Origin: a virus
Taxonomy: Duplodnaviria > Caudoviricetes
Strand: one strand, 5' to 3'
Length of the DNA: 41,946 nucleotides
Virus record (IMG/VR): IMGVR_UViG_3300012952_003760
Location: 1-41,946 of that record
Under the pieces are notes generated by a model that worked only from the letters and a program-made list of their open reading frames with translations, searched no databases and was not told the origin of the DNA. A program made the translations under genes and the position numbers. Positions 26,093-35,820 of the stretch are shown one piece after another. Every line of letters starts with the position of its first letter. Position 1 is the first letter of the stretch.

Positions 26093-26842
26093 ATGAACAA
26101 TATTGCGTTAGTGATCAATACTGTTTCCACCCATAGCGACGTATGGAAAATGTTTTTCGGACAATTAGATAAACATTTTCCTGCAACTATTAAGCGCTAC
26201 GTGTTGGTGGATGGTGAAGAAAATAAATTGCCCTCTAATTGCGAAGTGCTGTTGTATGATAAAAATCACAAGTATCAGCAACAATTCAGTCAGTGCATCA
26301 AGGACGTTTCCGAAAAGTATTGTATATACATCTCAGAAGATTATGTGCTTTACGAAGATGTACGAATGGATCTTATCGAACACCATCGCCAAGTACTAGA
26401 ACTCAATTCACAAGTTTCCTTTATTCGATTTATGAGAGGTGGAATTATTGACTCAGGGTTCCCTAATTTTCAGTTTTATGAAAATTTATATGAATTATCA
26501 AATTCGCTTCCTTACTTTTATACTAATCAGGTTGCACTGTGGCGCACGCGAGATTTAGAAAAGATTCACGTCCACGGCCCTAATCTCCATATTGCAAATA
26601 AAGATTGGGAGAATTCGTTTGAATTCCAGGCATCGAAAACATGTCAAGAGTTAGGCATTAAAGGGCTGTATAGCTATTATGGGGAGAAAAAAAGAGGATT
26701 GTATCACTACGACACAATTGTTTTTCCTCACATCTCAACGGCGCTTGTGAAGGGCAAGTGGAACCTTTCTGAATACCCCGACGAACTTTCCCTGCTATTA
26801 GAGATGTATGAGATAGAATCAGAGAATAGAGGAGTAGTATAA
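26093..26842 (+). CDS. putative glycosyltransferase (GT-A-like)
   Basis: YISEDY DxD-like motif, KGKW, and cluster context. Confidence 0.55.
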   Translation: MNNIALVINTVSTHSDVWKMFFGQLDKHFPATIKRYVLVDGEENKLPSNCEVLLYDKNHKYQQQFSQCIKDVSEKYCIYISEDYVLYEDVRMDLIEHHRQVLELNSQVSFIRFMRGGIIDSGFPNFQFYENLYELSNSLPYFYTNQVALWRTRDLEKIHVHGPNLHIANKDWENSFEFQASKTCQELGIKGLYSYYGEKKRGLYHYDTIVFPHISTALVKGKWNLSEYPDELSLLLEMYEIESENRGVV

Positions 26843-27789
26843 TGTTGATTGTTGGTGACCTCTCGGCGGAAGTGCCAGATACAAATGCCTATCACTGGAA
26901 TTTAGAAGAATATTCTCAAAATAGCGTGAATGAAGTTTTATTGTACGGTTATAATGCTTCGGACAATTTAGCCCTGCAAAACAGGCTCGATGGTTTTACA
27001 CGAAAGGTATATTTCAACAATTGGGCCCCTTGCGAGTTTGCTCAAAAAAGAGAGGAAAATGGACATGATGCATTCAAAAAAGAGGTATTTTTTGATGAAA
27101 TTTATTCAATTTGTCCTTATAGTAACAAGTGGCTTAATTCTCTAAATTTAGGAAGAAAATACAAAGATGTGTTTTACCCCTTTCACCAGAAGCTAATTCC
27201 CGAATCAACGGAAAAGATCTATGATGTGATCTATCACGGAGGAATCCACGGACAAGAACATATAGACTGCATTCGAGCGATGTTAAACTATAATTATCGC
27301 TTTTGTAGTATGACTCATCACATCAATACGCTTACACAACAATGTCTCAGATATGCTACAAATGTAAATTTAGCTTTTAAGGAAAAGATCAAATTAATCG
27401 CTCAAACAAAAATATCCGTCTGTTATAATCTGGTTCATGTTGATCCGCAACATGTGCCGGCAATCCAGTCCTATGACGACTGGCAAAATAATGAAGCATT
27501 CAGTGAAGTTGGAAAGTGGAACGTAATGCCCCAATTTAAAACGAGATTTCACGAAGCAGCTATTTCTAAAACACTTAATTTGGTACAACGTGATGCATGG
27601 AATGTTATAGAAGATTATTATGTTCCGGATGAAGAATTCATCTATTTTACAGATGGTGCCGACCTTCAGAAAAAGATTGGAGAGATCACGCAAGACTGGG
27701 ACAACTACACACATGTGATAGAAAGAGCTTATAATAAAGCTATGAATTACACATGCGAACGATTTATTGAGAGCATAAGGAGTGAATAA
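26842..27789 (+). CDS. putative glycosyltransferase (CgeB/YkvP-like C-terminus)
   Basis: KTRFHEAA, EDYYVPDEEFIYF, and cluster context. Confidence 0.6.
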   Translation: MLIVGDLSAEVPDTNAYHWNLEEYSQNSVNEVLLYGYNASDNLALQNRLDGFTRKVYFNNWAPCEFAQKREENGHDAFKKEVFFDEIYSICPYSNKWLNSLNLGRKYKDVFYPFHQKLIPESTEKIYDVIYHGGIHGQEHIDCIRAMLNYNYRFCSMTHHINTLTQQCLRYATNVNLAFKEKIKLIAQTKISVCYNLVHVDPQHVPAIQSYDDWQNNEAFSEVGKWNVMPQFKTRFHEAAISKTLNLVQRDAWNVIEDYYVPDEEFIYFTDGADLQKKIGEITQDWDNYTHVIERAYNKAMNYTCERFIESIRSE

Positions 27790-29006
27790 TGAATTGTCGA
27801 TCTTGCAACAGTGAGAATATAGAACTTATTTTAGACCTAGGAGAGCAGCCATGGTGCAATGACTTTCTTACAGAGGAACAATTAGGGAAGGAAAATCTTT
27901 ACCCCCTCCGGCTAAATTACTGTCATGATTGTGAATTGCTACAACTTGATCATACAGTGCCCAAAGAAACAATGTTTGATGATCATTGCTATTTGTCGGG
28001 CATGACAAAGACGCTTCTGAATCACTTTTATGAAGTTGCTGAAGAAAATGTTAAGCAGTTTAACATACAACCTGATGATCTGGTAGTTGATATCGGAGGC
28101 AATGACGGCAGTCAACTTTTGCAATACAAAAAGGCCGGAGTCGATAACGTGCTAAATATAGAATGCGCTCGTCGCGTCTCGGACATTTCACGAACACAGG
28201 GTATTAAAACCATTACTGAATATTTTAATCGTCAATGCGTAGATAATCATATTGGCCATAGCGCTGTAAAGCTTTATAACGCTAGCGGAGTTTTCTTTCA
28301 TTTAGAAGAGCTACATAGCGTGATTGATGGAATCAAGTGTTCTTTACGAGATGACGGGGTATTGATTGTCCAATTTATGTATGCTGGCGCAATGGTAGAG
28401 AATCTTAATTTTGATACCATTTACCACGAGCACTTATGCTATTACACCATGCACAGTTTAAATAATCTGTTAGAGCCCTACGGGATGCAAATATTTGATG
28501 CATATTATTCGGAAATTCATAGCGGCTCTATTATAGCAAAGATTACTCACATTGATGGCGATCTGAATAAACCTACCGAGAGGTACTTAGAACTATTAGA
28601 AAAGGATAAGAAATACTCTTTAGCAGCCTTTAAGAAGTTTGCTAAGACTATCCAAGAGAGAAAAGAACAACTACGTACTATACTACAGTTTTACAAAAAA
28701 GAAAAAAAGACTATCTATGCATACGGAGCCCCTGCTAAGGGTAATACTCTCCTTAATTATTTTGGCATCGACCATACATTAGTTGACAAAGCTGTAGAAA
28801 TTAATGAATTAAAGATTGGCAATTATTTGCCTCAATCACATATTCCTATTACAAAGGAAGATAAAGATGATTTACCGGATTATTACCTTCTTTTATCTCA
28901 CAATTTTGCAAAAGAGCTGATTAAGAAAAACCAGGATATTATTAACCAAGGGGTAAAGTTTATCATCCCATTCCCTAATATTGAAATCGTAGGAGGACGT
29001 TTGTGA
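27789..29006 (+). CDS. NDP-hexose C-methyltransferase
   Basis: CRSC..LDLGEQP...CHDCELLQL zinc site, DIGGNDG, FDTIYHEHLCYY, YGAPAKGNTLLN, FIIPFP. Confidence 0.92.
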   Translation: MNCRSCNSENIELILDLGEQPWCNDFLTEEQLGKENLYPLRLNYCHDCELLQLDHTVPKETMFDDHCYLSGMTKTLLNHFYEVAEENVKQFNIQPDDLVVDIGGNDGSQLLQYKKAGVDNVLNIECARRVSDISRTQGIKTITEYFNRQCVDNHIGHSAVKLYNASGVFFHLEELHSVIDGIKCSLRDDGVLIVQFMYAGAMVENLNFDTIYHEHLCYYTMHSLNNLLEPYGMQIFDAYYSEIHSGSIIAKITHIDGDLNKPTERYLELLEKDKKYSLAAFKKFAKTIQERKEQLRTILQFYKKEKKTIYAYGAPAKGNTLLNYFGIDHTLVDKAVEINELKIGNYLPQSHIPITKEDKDDLPDYYLLLSHNFAKELIKKNQDIINQGVKFIIPFPNIEIVGGRL

Positions 29007-29902
29007 AAATTTTAGTAACAGGTGCCACCGGCTTTTTAGGAAGACATTTGTGCCCAAAGCTTGAAGCTTTAGGCTACGAGCTATTTATTTCTAACAGCAA
29101 AAAGGTCAATCTTCTGCAGTATGATAATCTGCGCGTTTATGATGTACATAAATTTGATTATATTTTCCACCTTGCAGCAGTAACAAAAGCCGGCGATTAC
29201 TGCCTGACTCATCAGGGAGATCAGTGGCTTTATAATCAAACCATTAATACAAATATCTTGACATATTGGAAACTGCAACAGCCTCAAGCAAAAATGATCT
29301 GCATGGGCACTAGTTGTTCTTATTCGCCCGAGTTGCCCATGGTGGAAGACAACTACCTTCTCGGACCTCCCGAGAAAAGCTTATATACATATGCAATGAC
29401 AAAGCGGATGCTGCTGGTAGGGCTACAGTCGATTCAGCAGCAGTATGGTTTAGAATGGCTTTATTTTGTACCATCTACTTTATACGGGCCCGATTTTGAG
29501 TTGGATGATAATCACTTTATTTTTGATTTTATTCGTAATTGCTATAACGCAAAATATAATGAGGAGGAATTTGTAGTTTGGGGCGATGGTCAGCAACGTA
29601 GAGAATTGATCTACGTTGATGATGCTATTAACATTATGATGAAACTAATGAATGAAAAAAACGAAATTTTTAACCTCGGTACGGGACAAGATTATACCAT
29701 TAATGAATTCGCAACAGAAGTATGCAATATTTACAATTATGACTTTAATTTAGTAGGTCATGATATGAGCAAATATGTAGGGGTTCGTGAAAAAAAGATT
29801 GACATAAGTAAAATATCGTGTTATCTTGACAACAACTTTACACAAACTTCTTTACGCAAAGGTTTATTACGATCTATTGAATATTTTAAAGAAGCGATAT
29901 AA
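29003..29902 (+). CDS. GDP-L-fucose-synthase-like NAD(P)-dependent epimerase/reductase
   Basis: TGATGFLG, GTSCSY, YAMTKR, WGDGQQRRELIYVDD. Confidence 0.85.
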   Translation: MKILVTGATGFLGRHLCPKLEALGYELFISNSKKVNLLQYDNLRVYDVHKFDYIFHLAAVTKAGDYCLTHQGDQWLYNQTINTNILTYWKLQQPQAKMICMGTSCSYSPELPMVEDNYLLGPPEKSLYTYAMTKRMLLVGLQSIQQQYGLEWLYFVPSTLYGPDFELDDNHFIFDFIRNCYNAKYNEEEFVVWGDGQQRRELIYVDDAINIMMKLMNEKNEIFNLGTGQDYTINEFATEVCNIYNYDFNLVGHDMSKYVGVREKKIDISKISCYLDNNFTQTSLRKGLLRSIEYFKEAI

Positions 29903-29914
29903 CACCCACCAACC

Positions 29915-30628
29915 ATGATTTCACACAAAAAGAAAATTGTATTTGTGCACATTCCTAAAACTGGGGGTAAATGCTTAAGCGAGTTTCTATTTCCTTATTG
30001 TGATGAAGAATCACTGCGGTTTAGCCCTTTTGGAGATATCTCCGATTTACATGCTACAGCAGCTCAGTACGTGGAACACTACGGACTTGAACAACTTGAT
30101 GGGTATAGGTTTTTCACTATTGTTCGCAATCCTTTTGATAAGGCGCTTTCGTTGGCTCTTCATCAAAATAAGAATGTTTTTGAAAGAGAACACTTTCGTC
30201 AGGTAATACAGTCCCCTAAAGAATTCAATTTGTGGCCCCATAGCCATGCACATTTTTTGCTTAATAAGTGGCTTTGGCCGCCTGAGTTGTGTAAAATGTT
30301 TGCAAAAGGCGCTGAGGTTCCCGTGGACCAAATTATTCTGGATAAATATCCCCACCAACCTCTGAGAGCGCAATTTAATAATATGAAGAAGATGTTGTGT
30401 CCTGCTACAATATTGCGATTTGAAAATTATGCTCAAGATGTCTCGGCATTTTTTGATATGTGCGACATAAAGTACGATATGGATAAGTTGACCGTGAAAA
30501 CAAACACAACTGATCACCAGCATTATTCACAATATTATGAAGAAGAAGAAATCGCGGAGATAAAATATGCATGCGGCTTCGATCTGCAATGGCTTGGTTA
30601 CAAATTTGAAAAAGGAGAACAAAAGTGA
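29915..30628 (+). CDS. sulfotransferase family 2 protein
   Basis: FVHIPKTGG, FTIVRNPFD, RFEN, HYSQYY. Confidence 0.85.
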   Translation: MISHKKKIVFVHIPKTGGKCLSEFLFPYCDEESLRFSPFGDISDLHATAAQYVEHYGLEQLDGYRFFTIVRNPFDKALSLALHQNKNVFEREHFRQVIQSPKEFNLWPHSHAHFLLNKWLWPPELCKMFAKGAEVPVDQIILDKYPHQPLRAQFNNMKKMLCPATILRFENYAQDVSAFFDMCDIKYDMDKLTVKTNTTDHQHYSQYYEEEEIAEIKYACGFDLQWLGYKFEKGEQK

Positions 30629-31551
30629 GAATTCTAATAACTGGGGGCGCTGGGTATATCGGTAGTGATCTGGTCAATTATCTCGTAGAAGATCATCATG
30701 TCACCGTACTTGATAACGTAACCTACGATCCTACATCTTTGCTTCGATACACATGCGAAGAAAACTTTCATTTTGTAAGAGGCGACGTCCGCGACTTGCG
30801 CTTACTGCGCGAGCTAATGAATAACACTGATGTTATAATACCCCTAGCAGCATTGGTAGGGTTTCCGCTATGCGATAAGGATCCGCGCACAGCCAGAGAG
30901 GTCAACCACGAAGTTAATACGTGGATTGCCGAGAATAAATCTAAAGATCAATTGGTGATTTATCCGTGCACAAACTCAGGCTATGGAGTTGGAGAATCTG
31001 GTAAGGTATGCACAGAAGAGTCACCCTTAAACCCGATTTCTCTATATGGAAAAACTAAAGTAGCGGCCGAAGCCGACTATCGCGGAGTTGATAATCATGT
31101 GACCTTTCGCTTGGCGACCGTTTTTGGTCCCGGATCTCGCATGCGTACTGATTTGCTCGTAAACAACTTTGTACTTAAAGCTCTGAAAGAAAGACTGTTG
31201 GTTCTGTACGAATGTGAATTTATGAGAAATTATGTGCATTTAGGTGATGTGTGTCGAGCATTTCGCTATGTTCTGGATAATTGGGAAACCTGCAAGAACG
31301 AAACTTACAATGTCGGCAATGATGCTATCAATATGAATAAGTTGCAATTGGCCGAGACCATTCAAAAGCACATTCCAATTGAAATCATCCGCGCAGAGTT
31401 CACCACCGATCCTGACAAGCGTGACTACATTGTTAGCAGCGAAAAATTCTACTCTAAGGGATTTGAATGCAAATATGATTTGGATGATGGAATTAAACAA
31501 CTAATAAAGGCTTACTCAATTATTGACGAGCCATGGTACGCGAATTATTGA
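30625..31551 (+). CDS. NAD-dependent sugar epimerase/dehydratase
   Basis: TGGAGYIGS, LAALVG, YGKTK, RLATVFG. Confidence 0.92.
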   Translation: MRILITGGAGYIGSDLVNYLVEDHHVTVLDNVTYDPTSLLRYTCEENFHFVRGDVRDLRLLRELMNNTDVIIPLAALVGFPLCDKDPRTAREVNHEVNTWIAENKSKDQLVIYPCTNSGYGVGESGKVCTEESPLNPISLYGKTKVAAEADYRGVDNHVTFRLATVFGPGSRMRTDLLVNNFVLKALKERLLVLYECEFMRNYVHLGDVCRAFRYVLDNWETCKNETYNVGNDAINMNKLQLAETIQKHIPIEIIRAEFTTDPDKRDYIVSSEKFYSKGFECKYDLDDGIKQLIKAYSIIDEPWYANY

Positions 31552-31552
31552 T

Positions 31553-31882
31553 ATGACATACGTATTTGACATAGATGGAACAATCTGCACCACGACTGAC
31601 GGTGACTATGCCCTTGCAAAGCCCTTAAAAGACCGTATAGCTATGGTAAATAAATTATACGATGAAGGACATACTATAGTTTTTCAAACGGCTAGAGGCA
31701 TGGGTAGAAGCGGTAATTCGGTAGCATTTGCATACGAAATGTTTGAGAAAGGTACGCGGTACCAACTTGATACATGGGGTGTTAAGTATCATTCATTATT
31801 TTTAGGAAAACCATCGGGAGACATTTACATTGATGACAAAGGAATTAAAGATGAAGACTTCTTTACCAATGAAGCACGTTGA
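31553..31882 (+). CDS. small HAD phosphatase (EcbF/BcbF capsule-biosynthesis-like)
   Basis: YVFDIDGTIC, TARGM, GKP, YIDDK. Confidence 0.85.
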   Translation: MTYVFDIDGTICTTTDGDYALAKPLKDRIAMVNKLYDEGHTIVFQTARGMGRSGNSVAFAYEMFEKGTRYQLDTWGVKYHSLFLGKPSGDIYIDDKGIKDEDFFTNEAR

Positions 31883-32210
31883 TAAAGGCTGGGGCTGGGA
31901 ACGCTGGATTGTAAATTGTGAACAATATTGCGGTAAGTTGTTGTTTTTCAACAAAGGCAAAAGATGTTCGTGGCATTTCCACAAGATTAAGGATGAGGTA
32001 TTTTATCTACAGTCGGGTAAACTTATGGTATACTATTCAGATGAAGATGATCTCGCAAGTGCAAAACAAGTAATTCTCAATCCGGGAGACAACTTTCATG
32101 TATATACTGGTTTAAGACATCAAATGGTAGCATTAGAAGACAGCGAATTATTCGAATTCTCAACACAGCATTTTGACAGTGATAGTCATCGTATTATTAA
32201 GGGGGACTAA
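31851..32210 (+). CDS. cupin-fold sugar isomerase-like protein
   Basis: KGWGWE, YCGK, SWHFHKIKDE, H...EFST. Start uncertain. Confidence 0.85.
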   Translation: MKTSLPMKHVDKGWGWERWIVNCEQYCGKLLFFNKGKRCSWHFHKIKDEVFYLQSGKLMVYYSDEDDLASAKQVILNPGDNFHVYTGLRHQMVALEDSELFEFSTQHFDSDSHRIIKGD

Positions 32211-32623
32211 TGACACAAAGAAGATATTTGCCTACTTTATCAGAACTTGTCGATCGGTTATCAATCGCACAGTTGAAAGAAGTGTTTATTACAGAACATA
32301 AAACAGAATATGCTCAAGAGATTGCAGATATATGTCACGATATTCAATTAATTCTGGATCAATCAGAAGATGTCACAGCCGAAACTATTCGTGCTATTGT
32401 GGTTCTCTCGCAGATGAATTTGCATATTTGGCATAATGAGTCCAATTATCGCAAGGGAATTAAAGATGGAAACAATCTTGAACTCACTCACGGTTTAAAC
32501 GGTATTCGCAACACAGCTAAGAATAAGATTCAAGAAGTAGTGGGTGGCCGCAAAGATTATAAGATTGATTGTTTAGCTGCTGAATTTAAAGATTGGGAGA
32601 TTAGTTGGAAAAGCGAGTCCTAG
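32210..32623 (+). CDS. hypothetical helical protein (DUF4254/DUF6165-like)
   Basis: ELVDRLSI..LK, NLHIWHNES, NGIRN..K..I. Confidence 0.65.
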   Translation: MTQRRYLPTLSELVDRLSIAQLKEVFITEHKTEYAQEIADICHDIQLILDQSEDVTAETIRAIVVLSQMNLHIWHNESNYRKGIKDGNNLELTHGLNGIRNTAKNKIQEVVGGRKDYKIDCLAAEFKDWEISWKSES

Positions 32624-33354
32624 TTATCGGCGATAGCTGTACCGACGTACATGTATATGGTACATGTTCTCGTCTGTGCCCTGATGCGCCCGTACCGGTA
32701 TTTCTGCCCGAATATACGCGCCAGAATCGCGGAATGGCAGGAAATGTATATGAGAATTTGGAATCGCTTGGTATTAAAACTGAAATCATCACAAACGAAG
32801 ACAGTGTAAAAAAGACTCGATATGTTGAAAAAAACACCAATCATATGATTGTTAGAATCGATTCGGGAGAGGAAAAGATCAAAAGGATCAATAATCTCCA
32901 TCTAGTGGACTTTGAACAATACGATGCAATAGTAGTATCCGATTATGACAAAGGTTTTTTGACAGAAGAGGATATCGCATTTATAGCAAAATCTCATTCT
33001 TTGGTTTTTCTGGATACTAAGAAGCTACTGGGTGATTGGGCCAGTGAGATTACATTTATTAAGATTAACGAAGTAGAACACGCACGCACCAAACATACGC
33101 TCGCCGGAACCACTTGGTCAAATAACTCACTGGTAGTGACCCGAGGCTCGCGAGGGTGTGCTTATCGAGGTGAGATTTTTCCAGTTGAAAAAGTTGAGAT
33201 TAAAGACTTGTCTGGCGCCGGCGATACATTTTTAGCGGGATTAGTAGCAAAATATTTAGAGAGTAACGATATGAGGTTATCTCTTAAGTTTGCGAACGAG
33301 TGTGCAACAGTTGTTGTGCAACAAAAAGGAGTAACAATAGTAAATGACGTTTAA
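32605..33354 (+). CDS. PfkB-family kinase, RfaE/HldE domain I (heptose-7-phosphate-kinase-like)
   Basis: VLVIGD..D..G...RLCPDAPVPV, VSDYDKG, DLSGAGDTF. Confidence 0.88.
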   Translation: MEKRVLVIGDSCTDVHVYGTCSRLCPDAPVPVFLPEYTRQNRGMAGNVYENLESLGIKTEIITNEDSVKKTRYVEKNTNHMIVRIDSGEEKIKRINNLHLVDFEQYDAIVVSDYDKGFLTEEDIAFIAKSHSLVFLDTKKLLGDWASEITFIKINEVEHARTKHTLAGTTWSNNSLVVTRGSRGCAYRGEIFPVEKVEIKDLSGAGDTFLAGLVAKYLESNDMRLSLKFANECATVVVQQKGVTIVNDV

Positions 33355-33631
33355 AGAGTATTACGAATATTACCTAACACTTCACCAGAATCGTATTAAT
33401 AGATATTTGCATTTTTTAGGACAATGTGTTACAATAAGTTACATTATTAGTGTGATAACCATCGGATTTTGGTGGGGATTGTTAGCTGCTCCTTTTGTGA
33501 TATACCCCTTTGCATGGTCGGGTCATTTTTTCTTTGAAAAAAATAAACCCGCGGCTTGGACTAACCCATTATGGGCTAAAGCGTGTGATTGGGTAATGTT
33601 TAAAGAGATGTTGACTGGAAAACTAAAATGA
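33344..33631 (+). CDS. DUF962/Mpo1-like membrane protein
   Basis: YLTLHQNRINRYLHFLG, FAWSGHFFFEKNKPA. Confidence 0.88.
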   Translation: MTFKEYYEYYLTLHQNRINRYLHFLGQCVTISYIISVITIGFWWGLLAAPFVIYPFAWSGHFFFEKNKPAAWTNPLWAKACDWVMFKEMLTGKLK

Positions 33632-34017
33632 AATTAGTATGGGTGAATGGATGTTTCGACGTTTTACATCGTGGTCATTTTGAAATGCTTAAATATGCGA
33701 AATCTTTAGGAGACTATTTAATGGTTGGAATCGACTCGGATGATAAAGTGAAGAAAGATAAAGGTTCCGATCGTCCCTTTAATACTGTAGAAGACCGACA
33801 ATACGCTTTAGAATCATTGAGATGTGTAGATAAAGTGTTGACATTTGACACTAAAGAAGAACTTCAATATTTAATTGAGCTTATGCAACCCGAAGTGATG
33901 GTGGTGGGCTCCGATTGGAAAGGTAAAGAGGTAGTGGGTTCTGAATACTGCACAGAATTAAAATTTTTTGATAGAATAGAAGGATATTCTACAACTCAAA
34001 TATTGGAAGGAATTTAA
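33628..34017 (+). CDS. RfaE/HldE domain II (heptose-1-phosphate-nucleotidyltransferase-like)
   Basis: NGCFDVLHRGH, GIDSD..VK..KG..RPFN, GYSTT. Confidence 0.9.
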   Translation: MKLVWVNGCFDVLHRGHFEMLKYAKSLGDYLMVGIDSDDKVKKDKGSDRPFNTVEDRQYALESLRCVDKVLTFDTKEELQYLIELMQPEVMVVGSDWKGKEVVGSEYCTELKFFDRIEGYSTTQILEGI

Positions 34018-34976
34018 TGAAACTAGTTGTAATCACAGGATGTTTGGGACTTATCGGGTCTTACGTGACAAAAGCATGCTTAGAAAGAGGATGGAAGGTG
34101 TATGGAATTGACCGAATAACATACGCGGCCAATTCGCAGTTTTTACAAACATTCCTAAAAAATCCTAACTTCTCATTTGTAAAAGAGGATATTAGCACAC
34201 TCAGGCATCTACCCGATTGCGATTATGTTATCAATATAGCTGCGGAATCTCACGTAGGAAATAGCATTATTGACAGTCATGACTTTATTCGATCTAATGT
34301 GATGGGTGTGAAAAATTTGTTAGATCTTATTCGTCGCAAACCAAGTAATGTGTCTGATCGTCCTATATTTTTCCACTTCAGTACAGATGAAGTATATGGA
34401 GACATCACGGAGGGCGAACACATAGAAACTGATATATTAAAACCCAGCAATCCATATTCAGCGTCTAAGGCTGCAGCAGATATGCTTGTCCATGCATGGG
34501 CTCGCACGTACGGTTTAAAATATGTAATTTTGAGACCTACGAATAATTATGGAATCGGACAATACCCAGAAAAATTGATTCCTGTAACTGTTAAGATGTT
34601 GATGAGAAACAAAAAGATTAGGCTCCATAATAAGGGTGAGCCTATTCGAAACTGGTTGCATGCAGCCGATACAGCAGCGGCCGTAACTGCTATTATTGAA
34701 TCAGGTGTGACTAATGAAATTTTTAATGTAGCGGGAAGCTTCGAGCAGAAAAATATCGATACTGTGACCAAGATTTTTGATTGCTATTTTAAAGATGAAC
34801 GTGAAAATGTAAATTATAAAGAGTTATTAGACTTATCTTTTGTAAGAGAAGGGCAAGATGTGCGTTATGCATTAAACGATAATAAGCTGCGCGCTCTGGG
34901 CTGGGAACCTACAAGAAATTTTGATGAAGAGCTGCTTCATATAGTTGAATACTATAGAGCTAATTTTAAATGGTAA
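34017..34976 (+). CDS. rmlB: dTDP-glucose 4,6-dehydratase
   Basis: ITYAAN, AAESHV, STDEVYG, PSNPYSASKA, NNYG.QYPEKLIP. Confidence 0.93.
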   Translation: MKLVVITGCLGLIGSYVTKACLERGWKVYGIDRITYAANSQFLQTFLKNPNFSFVKEDISTLRHLPDCDYVINIAAESHVGNSIIDSHDFIRSNVMGVKNLLDLIRRKPSNVSDRPIFFHFSTDEVYGDITEGEHIETDILKPSNPYSASKAAADMLVHAWARTYGLKYVILRPTNNYGIGQYPEKLIPVTVKMLMRNKKIRLHNKGEPIRNWLHAADTAAAVTAIIESGVTNEIFNVAGSFEQKNIDTVTKIFDCYFKDERENVNYKELLDLSFVREGQDVRYALNDNKLRALGWEPTRNFDEELLHIVEYYRANFKW

Positions 34977-34986
34977 AGGAGAAAAA

Positions 34987-35235
34987 ATGAAGTTATCTAA
35001 TCAAGCAATCGGCGCCGTAATGATGGCGCTTCAAAATTCGTTACTAAGCCAAACGGATATTGTTCCTGTTCTACAGGAATGGGAACTAGAGAATGGGAAT
35101 GAAGGACTGGTAGTTAAAAATCCCCCGACGGTAGCAATGCCAGAAGAGGTTGTGGTTTTCTCGGAAGAAGAGACCACCGCACATACCGCTGAGACCACAG
35201 CCACGGTCACGACGACTACTACAACTAACACATAA
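34987..35235 (+). CDS. hypothetical protein with Thr-rich tail
   Basis: AAGGAG SD before ATG 34987. Confidence 0.7.
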   Translation: MKLSNQAIGAVMMALQNSLLSQTDIVPVLQEWELENGNEGLVVKNPPTVAMPEEVVVFSEEETTAHTAETTATVTTTTTTNT

Positions 35236-35504
35236 TGCCCCGTTATCATTACAGGTGTTCAGAATGTAATATTGCGACAACCGTAATTCATGGTATTAAT
35301 GATGTACACACACAATGTGATTTTTGTGCAGCAGAAGATACCATGATTAAATTGTTAACAAAACCAACGATTCTTCGCAATTACTCTCAAATTAACGCTG
35401 AACATGGTGTTGGTGAAATTACCAACGAATATATTGAGAAGAATCGTGAAGTACTAGAAGCAGAGAAAGAAAAAGCTAAAAAGGAAGTATATGAGCCGTC
35501 TTGA
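35235..35504 (+). CDS. FmdB-like zinc-ribbon protein
   Basis: MPRYHYRCSEC...CDFC. Confidence 0.8.
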   Translation: MPRYHYRCSECNIATTVIHGINDVHTQCDFCAAEDTMIKLLTKPTILRNYSQINAEHGVGEITNEYIEKNREVLEAEKEKAKKEVYEPS

Positions 35505-35820
35505 AATAATATTGTGCGCGGTGACATTAGTGTCGCTATTGTTTAGCGTAGGTATGTTTGTGTATGCCCGGGCCACCGTCATACGCCTACTGGCAGTATC
35601 AGAAGAACTGGGGGATCTAAATCAAATGACAAATGCATTTGCTAACCATTTAGAAGCTGTCTATCAATTAGATAATTTTTATGGAGATGAAACTCTAAGA
35701 GCACTACTGGAACATGCTATATCGCTAAATGAGCAGATGGAAACATTTGAATTCATCTATTCGCTCACAGAAGAAGAGTCGGACATGCTAAATCTAAATG
35801 ACGAAGAAGAAACGAACTAG
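35491..35820 (+). CDS. hypothetical membrane-anchored protein
   Basis: N-terminal TM helix; overlaps both neighbours. Confidence 0.7.
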   Translation: MSRLEIILCAVTLVSLLFSVGMFVYARATVIRLLAVSEELGDLNQMTNAFANHLEAVYQLDNFYGDETLRALLEHAISLNEQMETFEFIYSLTEEESDMLNLNDEEETN

